A stretch of DNA of 64,000 nucleotides from Chrysomallon squamiferum (taxonomy: Eukaryota; Animalia; Mollusca). Below the pieces are notes generated by a model that did not search any database, had not been told where the DNA came from, and was given only the letters and a program-made list of their open reading frames with translations. The position numbers were made by a program, and so were the translations under genes. The DNA lies in assembly GCA_012295275.1 (NCBI GenBank), contig CM022671.1:30070001-30134000 (forward strand), given 5' to 3'. Position 1 is the first letter of the stretch. Every line of letters starts with the position of its first letter. Below are positions 56,023 to 64,000 of this stretch, piece by piece.

Positions 56023-56255
56023 CAGTTATAGGCAAACTGCGGCCCGCTCGGCTTTCTGAGTGGCCCGCCTAATTTCACAAGGAAAATAACATTAATTCAA
56101 ATTTTATAAAATGAGTCTATATGAAAAATTTCTTAAAATAAACATACGTCGATATATACAAATAAAACAAACATAAATGCATGCATCCAGGTTTACTATC
56201 AGCTGAAAAATTAAGATAAAATAAAATAAATAAATAAATAAATAAACGAATAATG

Positions 56256-56303
<48 letters not shown>

Positions 56304-56520
56304 TGTATAAATAATTAAATAAATAAATAAATAAATAATATATACCTATATACATAATATTGTACAAATACACACAAGTACAAACTGTATTTGAGAATGC
56401 GTGCGTGTGTGTACGGCCACACGAATAAAGCTCATTATTAGTATTACATTCAGATCTGGACGAAGATCATAACGATATTGATGCGGCACGGAAACTCGTC
56501 AAAGTGGAACATTACCGCCT
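56023..56520 (+). mobile_element. Decayed hAT/Charlie-like non-autonomous element
   Basis: ATCTAGAA (NTCTAGAN Charlie-type target) is followed by CAGTTATAGGCAAACTGCGGCCCG, with subterminal CGGCC-like motifs at ~56414 and ~56484. The right end is approximate. Confidence 0.55.
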
Positions 56521-57513
56521 TCACTCCGACGAATACAAAATTCAACTTATCTTTAAGATATTCTAAAAGCATAAACCTTAGCTTTCAACGTCGGTAAATA
56601 CTGCTTGTCACAATAAAGTGTTTTGATTTACTACTCTATAATTAGAAATTCTTTGTCCAAATTGTTCGTATTTTTCTTTTTTTCCTTCCCCGAAAATACG
56701 GAAGATAGCATCAAGATTAGATTATTACCAGTCCAAGGGCAAGTAATTGTGTTTTGGCAAGAAAGTGAAACGGAACATGAAATTGTACCATAACTTTGAC
56801 CGTAAGCTGATAAGAGTGGATTATTTTGACTACAGCATTTTTTCAAAAAGTATTTGAAACACATCCTGCCTATTTACCGCTTCAGCATGGCGTATTGTGT
56901 ATCTGTCTTTACGCTCAAATGCTAAATACTGATTTAGTCGTTGGTGTTTTACAAGAAGTATCTAATTTTTAACTAATAATTTGCTGAATGCCAAATGAAT
57001 GGATGTGTTTACGTGGATAACTAAGTGACTGACTAGATATCTGAATACAAAAAGTTATTAATGAATTTTTTTTTAAAAGAATGATAATATATTGGCATTA
57101 TTTAAATAATATTTTTAGTAAAATCATTAGTTTTGTTATTATTTGCTATTATTTATTTATTTATTTAATATTTTTTTTAAGATGCCTTGGTAGAAGGACA
57201 CTGTATTAATTTAATCTGAAGATTTCTTGTAACGCTTAAAGACTTCAGTATAAACGGGTAAATACTTTACAAATATTACTGAACACACGTCTCTCTAAGC
57301 TTTTAGAACTCACAGAAACAGGTCGTGCCTAAATAACTCACTGATCTCAAAGATTAACATCAAAAGTGAGCAGTTAGGTTTCGGCGAAATTGCAAGTTCT
57401 TCAGTTAAATAAAATTTGCTTTGTGATAAAAATATAAAATAAATAAATAAATAAATAAATAAAATAATAATAATAATAATAATAATAAAATATTGATAAA
57501 TAAATACATAACT

Positions 57514-57579
57514 AAATACGAAACTATACAACACACAGTCAGTTTCAAACCATCACGTGACTTGATACGAAACTAAACT
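57514..57579 (-). repeat. Inverted copy of 39571-39636
   Basis: Reverse complement matches 39571-39636 at 64/66 positions by hand alignment. Confidence 0.93.
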
Positions 57580-59119
57580 TTCATGAAGTTTATACATGTA
57601 TTAACTAAAATATGGTTTTGTGGAGAAGAGAATGATCAGTTTTTACAGAATCAGTTTTTACAGAGACATTTTTGTATTTTTCATAAAATGGATGACATAT
57701 GCCACGTGAAAGCATAACTCTTGTACTATCACTATCAGAAAAATTGTACAAACACCACATACACAGATCGAACAAGAATAATTTTACATGCATTCCTAAA
57801 AAGCAATAAAGCTGAGGTTTCCTCTACAGTAAGACTAAGAATCTTTGTGAGCTAGAGTCACATAAATATGGTAAAAGCATACCAAATCTTTCATTTTTTA
57901 TTTTAAGTTTTTCATAAATGTAGGGTTAGCGACTTCGAGGTTTGAGAATGTTATTACAATAGTAATGATGATAATGATGATTATGATGATGATAATAATA
58001 ATGATAAAAAATATTATTATTATTATAATTATCATCATCACTACAACTTCTATTAATACTATTATAGTAGTAGTAGTGAAAAAAAAAAAAAAAAAAATAT
58101 GATGAATAAAAAAAATCAAGGCAACACCTGGAATTCCTCATTTTTACTACATTGTCATATCACCTGCTTTCCATGCCCATCTGCCAGGCCTCCTTCTGTG
58201 AAACCAGGGACTATTTGTTCATCGCGGATGTAGACAGCGACAGGGGGCCTCGGAGCGAGGGTCGGTCGCTTCCAGTCGGTTTAACCGTACGCCACTAAAA
58301 ACCCGAAGTTCAGCCCTTCCACAAAGCTTCACGTACAAGCAAAACGGTTTAGGGATCCACATGTGGGCGCTTAACTTCAGATTTGTTCGGTGAATTTGAA
58401 AAAATTGATTCGGTTCCTTTCTTTGTTCCGTGACGGGTTCCAGAACCTTCACGTTTACCTCGCGTTTATAACTGTATATATATAAAAAAAATAAAAATAA
58501 AAATGCTGTCGTGTTGGGACGTGTTTTCGACGGTTTACGCTCGGTGACTTTCTCCTGAAAGCAAATACATATTTTTCTTCGTTAATTGTCGCATTCTTGA
58601 AGTGAACCCGCGGTGCTGCAAGTAGATATCTCATTCTAGACATACTTTCAACTGATTGTTTCATTTTTTTTTTTTATTTTTTTTTTGTTTTTTTTTTTTG
58701 TTAAAGTTGACCTGTCAACATACAGATAGACGGAGTTAGGTTTTATTTATTTCCAAGTGACTGCTTCATTTTTATTTCTTCTTCTTCTTGTCTGTTACTG
58801 TTCTTTCCTTTATTAATTTTTTTTTTCTCTGTCAAATGTTAGTTGTATTATTATTATTATTTTTTTTAGTTTTTCTTTTTAATACTCTATTTTGTAATAT
58901 TTATTTTTGTTGTTGTTGTTATTATTAATATTATAACTGGATACTAAACTTATCAACTAATAAAGTAACCAATGACGATAATAAAACCAAGATATGAAAA
59001 TAACGGATAGCTCCTCTTTGTGTCAGGTACATGTGTTATAATAACTTACATATCAATATATTTAAATCAAAATTTTTCAAGCTGAATTTTTTTTTTTTTT
59101 TTTTTCTTTTCTCTTTTGT

Positions 59120-59800
59120 TTTATTTATTTATTTATTATTATTTTTGTTTGTTTCAAGTAAATCTTAGCAGTTTTATTTATTTATTTATTTATTATTATT
59201 TTTTGTTTGTTTCAAGTAAATCTTAGCAGTTTTATTTATTTATTTTTTTATTATTATTTTTTGTTTGTTTCAAGTAAATCTTAGCAGTTTGATTTTTTAA
59301 TTTATTTATTATTATTTTTTGTTTGTTTCAAGTAAATCTTAGCAGTTTTATTTTTTTTTTTATTTATTATTTTTGTTTGTTTCAAGTAAATCTTAGCAGT
59401 TTTATTTATTTTTTATTTATTATTATTTTTGTTTGTTTCAATTTAGTTTTATTTATTTATTTTTTTTATTATTATTTTTGTTTGTTTCAAGTAAATCTTA
59501 GCAGTTTGATTTTTTATTTATTTATTTATTATTTTTTGTTTGTTTCAAGTAAATCTTAGCAGTTTTATTTTTTTTTTTATTTATTATTATTTTTTGTTTG
59601 TTTCAAGTAAATCTTAGCAGTTTTATTTATTTTTTTTATTTATTATTATTTTTTGTTTGTTTCAAGTAAATCTTAGCAGTTTGATTTATTTATTTATTTA
59701 TTATTTTTTGTTTGTTTCAAGTAAATCTTAGCAGTTTGATTTATTTATTTATTATTATTTTTTGTTTGTTTCAAGTAAATCTTAGCAGTTTTATTTTTTT
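59120..59800. repeat. Minisatellite, ~55-60-bp unit with invariant core TGTTTGTTTCAAGTAAATCTTAGCAGTTT; 11 full copies plus 1 truncated
   Basis: Direct count of cores. The inter-core sequence is variable-length (TTTA/TTA/T)n. Confidence 0.93.
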
Positions 59801-60585
59801 AACCTTAATCATGCTCAGTCAGCAGTAATCTTCTTCCTCGTGAAAGTCACGTTTTTATTTACAAACATTTATCTACACGTGTTTAAATGTAACGATATGT
59901 TCTTGTTTGAATTATTTCTGATACTGGTTTTGTCAATAACATGGGTGTGTATGGTCTGTGGTAGACAAAAATAGGGAAATTAGTACAAATGTTTTAGCTG
60001 TTTGGGCCAGAGAAAAGCCATCTAGTTATCGTGTACATAATTTTTTTGAGTGCGTACGTACATACGTACATACATATTCCATACAAACAGATATATAGGG
60101 TCCGTGTGCAGTGTTTTATGGACATTTGGTCTGTAAAAATACTTCTGGGAATTCAAAAAAATATATTCATTCTTGAGATTGTTCATTTTTAACATGACCA
60201 GCATTATGGTATAATTAAACATCAGATACAAAACGTATTACTAGAACTTTAGAACCGTATCACACTTTTTATCAATAACGGCTGAGATCATGTTGAAAAT
60301 TAAGAATATTTAAAAATCTTATCCTTTTTACAGAACAGTTCTATTATGCATAGATCAGAACAATTCATTATTGCACAAGAATTTAGTAATGACCCTGTAT
60401 AAACAAAATTTGTATATGTATATATGTGTATAATTTTCAGAATGTATGCACACAGTAGTGTATATAATAAATGTTTTTAACGTATGTATGACTGTATGTG
60501 TTTGTTACTATAAATAACCTATTTGCATATATTAAAATGCAAAGTAACTAAATGTTACTAATTGTTTTTGTGGGGGTTTTTTCAG

Positions 60586-61068
60586 GCTGTAAAAGACAAC
60601 ATGGGTACAGACTGCAAGTGTCATGGCGTGTCCGGCTCGTGCACGACGAAAACGTGCTGGACAACACTGCCACCGTTCAGAACGATTGGAGACGCTCTGA
60701 AAAGACGTTACAAAAAGTCTAAACTCGTTGTGCCTTACTTGGGACGAAGGGCGAGAACTCCCATCTCACTCATCCTCAAACGATCGAAGCGACCTCACCG
60801 GAAGCCGAGGAGGAGCCATCTTGTGTTTCTGGAGAAGTCGCCCAACTACTGTGATTACGACGAAAAGACGGGGTCGCTGGGCACGGCCGGACGAAAGTGT
60901 AACCGGACGTCCACGTCGACGGACGGGTGTGACTTGATGTGTTGTGGCCGTGGTTACAATACGCACCAGTACACGAGGACGTATCAGTGTAACTGCAAAT
61001 TTCACTGGTGCTGCCACGTAAACTGTAACAGGTGCAGTGAGCGAACAGAAGAGTACACGTGCAAATGA
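60586..61068 (+). CDS. Wnt7: Wnt7 coding exon 4 ([25 protein letters not shown]...LEKSPNYC...[46 protein letters not shown])
   Basis: Acceptor ttttttcag|GCT with a branch-like ACTAAT at ~60557. Contains [10 protein letters not shown] (Porcupine palmitoleoylation Ser), the Cys-rich C-terminal finger and TGA at 61066-61068. Confidence 0.98.
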   Translation, partial: AVKDNMGTDCKCHGVSGSCTTKTCWTTLPPFRTIGDALKRRYKKSKLVVPYLGRRARTPISLILKRSKRPHRKPRRSHLVFLEKSPNYCDYDEKTGSLGTAGRKCNRTSTSTDGCDLMCCGRGYNTHQYTRTYQCNCKFHWCCHVNCNRCSERTEEYTCK

Positions 61069-62054
61069 ATATTTCAACAGTAAGGGAAGGAATCGACAAC
61101 AACAACAACAAAAAAGCAAAAGATTTTTTTTTTTGTTAATGTTAAAATTTTTCTTTTGATGGATGTTGCAGTTCAGTAACACATGTCTGTGAACAACAAG
61201 TATTGGCTGTTACGGAAATTTTGGGTAAAAAGATTTTGAACAAAATTTGTGGACCCTTTTTGTTTTGTACGCCATTTTTATACGCTTACGAAAGAATTTT
61301 GTATTTCGTATTTCCCATAGGCCTGTGCGCTTCCGCCCACCACAACATCGTGTGTTTGGTACTGGAGCATGGATAATGTGGCGCCTCTGAAGAAAAGAAG
61401 AGAAAAAACAGCGGACTGGTAGCAGTGAAAAATGATGTTCTGTCACAAAACACAGAACAAAGACTAATTATAATTTGAAACTGATGAACAATATTCCTTA
61501 TGACTTACTGTATATTTTTTAAACAAACATTTACTTGATGAAATATAACTTAGGTGTTTTTTGTTCGACCCACTCCCCTTTTCTTGGAACATTCTATTTC
61601 TGGATAAATACGGTAATTGTAAAAAAAGAAATTAAAATAATTTTGTTTTGAAATCTGCGCTCGAATTTAGGGTATTTATAGTGAAGGAAATTTTGTTATT
61701 TTTCTGTGTTGAAAAGAAAACTCGCAAGACATGCATAATTAAACACATTTATCAGTTACAGGTGTTGTAGACTGGTGATAACAGACAAAGAAGAGACACA
61801 GATACCTGTCGATTACTATGAACATTGTATAATATGTATAGTTGTGTATATAATTCTATCTTCTTGCATACGTGACGACAAGTAGATATTTTTAGTTTTC
61901 TCGCAATCATGAAGTTAAGCAAATAATTAAAGGGTACCTCTTGTGATGTGAACATACAATTTCTACAAAGTGAGATATTACACTTATATTTTACCTTGTA
62001 GGCTAGAAAACGTCAATTTCAGTTATTTTTCTCTTATTAATATACTTTATTAGT

Positions 62055-62060
62055 AATAAA
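62055..62060 (+). terminator. Candidate polyadenylation signal AATAAA (3' UTR about 1 kb)
   Basis: First canonical AATAAA I found after the stop codon. An ATTAAA variant lies at 61631 and later AATAAA sites (~63230, 63962) are alternatives. Confidence 0.4.
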
Positions 62061-62515
62061 GATTTTTCCTGCGGTGACAATTAAATTAATCATCTGGAGT
62101 TAATTAAAATTTACGTCATTTTTATGTTTTCATCACCTCAGGTACTCTACGTTATTAAGGATATGCACGTGTTCTCTATTTTTAGCAGCCGTCCTTTAAA
62201 ATTTAACATGATGATGTTTTTGCCTTAAATAACGCAAGGCAATATGGCTTGAATATTTGTATAGTTAATATCAACATATATTAGGTATACAGTACGAACG
62301 TAAACATGGCTACAGACGTACGTACATGCAAGCACACATGTATAACTACTTACCTACCTACATATGTACTTAACTACATACATAATACATGAACATATTT
62401 ACATCTGCATCTACATCCAGGCACATAAATTACATATTATATACACACATACACATTATGCATACATACATACACACATATACACACATACATACGTACA
62501 CACACGCACACATTT

Positions 62516-62546
<31 letters not shown>

Positions 62547-62856
62547 TCACACACAGCCACGTACATACATATATGCATACATAAATACGTATAACGTATG
62601 ATGTATCTGTTTTTGTCACATGTAATATATGTATAGTGCTATGATTCGAAAGTTATATTATCATAATATTATTTTGTGATGAACTCTATCAGTGACGCTT
62701 TGTCAGTCGACTTGCAGTTTAGAATATTTCCTTGTTAACTATTTTGAAAAACTGATAACGTAAGTGCTAATGAAAAGAAGTAACGAATATCTTTTCTTTG
62801 TCACCACGAAAGTCTGTGAAATGATAAATCTGGTGACTGTTAAAAAACCATAAGTT

Positions 62857-62890
<34 letters not shown>

Positions 62891-63057
62891 TCATCATCAT
62901 CATCATCATTTATTGTTATTATTATTATTATTATATATTTTATTATTATTATTTATTATTATTATTATCATACTTTTATTATTACTACTACTGCTACTAC
63001 TATTATTAGTAGTATTATCAGTACTACTATCATTAAAACTATTATTATTATTATTAC

Positions 63058-63110
<53 letters not shown>

Positions 63111-63485
63111 GTCGACAATAAAATTGTAAATTTACTTCTACTGAGCTATAACAGGTTATTGTTTTTCTATAAATGTTTAATGTTTTTATTACAGTCACAC
63201 TTTTTGTTCTACACTGAAACATTCAAACTAATAAATAAGTTTGATTCGAATATACATACAGTATACCTACCTATTTCTTTGTCCATTTGTGTTTGTCTGT
63301 CAGTATGTTTCTCTTCACGTTTGTATGCCTGTCTGTGTAATATATTTGTTAATGAATTTTTCGATGTTTATCATTCTGTCTGCCTATGAATTTGTATTCC
63401 TATCTTTCAGTCTGTTTGTCTCTGTGTCTGTCTATCTGTCTGTCTTTCAATCAGTCCGTTAATATATCTATCTATCCATCCATCC

Positions 63486-63520
<35 letters not shown>

Positions 63521-64000
63521 CGTCTGCCTGCCTATCTTTTCTGTATCTTTGTTTATATACATTAATCAGTCTGTTTCTCTCTTAATTTGTCTGTGTGTCT
63601 GTCTATCAGTTTATATCTAAATAAAGATCCAAAATTAATTTCTTAAAGAAAAACAATAATTAATTTTCAGTAAAAATGTTGCTATTATTCCCGTTTTTTT
63701 TATTATTATTATTATTTATTTTTTTTTTTTTTTTTTTTTATTTTTTTTTTTTTCTGGAACGTCATCTTTTTGTGTGTAAACAACATAATTACAGCTGGAG
63801 AACTAGCAGTAACAACTGGTCCAGCAAAAGAGAAAATATTTTAGAGTCTGTAAATAGTAATACTGATAATTATTTGTATTAAGCTGTATATTTAAGTTAC
63901 TTATTTATCTTAATGTGTCTTGTTTTCAGCAGATCCCTGTAAATTTCATTTCTGTGATGTTAATAAAGCCACACATTTACACTAAAACCTTTTTTTTCGT

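Noticed and set aside
59120-59800. CRISPR-like look (constant ~29-nt repeat with variable spacers)
   Set aside because: The spacers are low-complexity T/A slippage variants of each other, the repeat is not palindromic, there are no cas genes, and it sits in a eukaryotic intron.
60728-61182. Overlapping and antisense ORFs on exon 4 (69, 111 and 138 aa)
   Set aside because: Shadow ORFs of a GC-richer coding exon; no independent motifs.

Overview
AT-rich, microsatellite-dense animal genomic DNA, probably lophotrochozoan/molluscan (a tentative guess from repeat types). It holds one complete protein-coding gene on the + strand, a Wnt7 orthologue. Its four coding exons are 20086-20159 (in-frame alternative start 20077), 26087-26316, 39247-39518 and 60586-61068. 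All introns are GT-AG with phases 2/1/0, and the protein is 352 aa (355 from 20077). The ORF track misses exon 1; it was found from its signal-peptide character and phase-compatible donor, just downstream of a TATA-less CpG-rich GC-box/CCAAT promoter. Almost all other listed ORFs are microsatellite artefacts. The most interesting unexplained structure is non-coding: (i) three nested inverted-repeat pairs in the 21-kb intron 3, the outermost starting ~50 nt after the donor; (ii) a reverse CTCF-like motif inside the innermost ~220-bp pair, convergent with a forward motif 42 kb upstream; (iii) a possible second signal-peptide first exon and an AG|GT recursive-splice-like site in intron 1; (iv) two uORFs, one overlapping the start codons; (v) furin-type motifs in the Wnt7 linker. 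All alignments and counts were done by eye, and no prokaryote-type system (CRISPR etc.) is supported.
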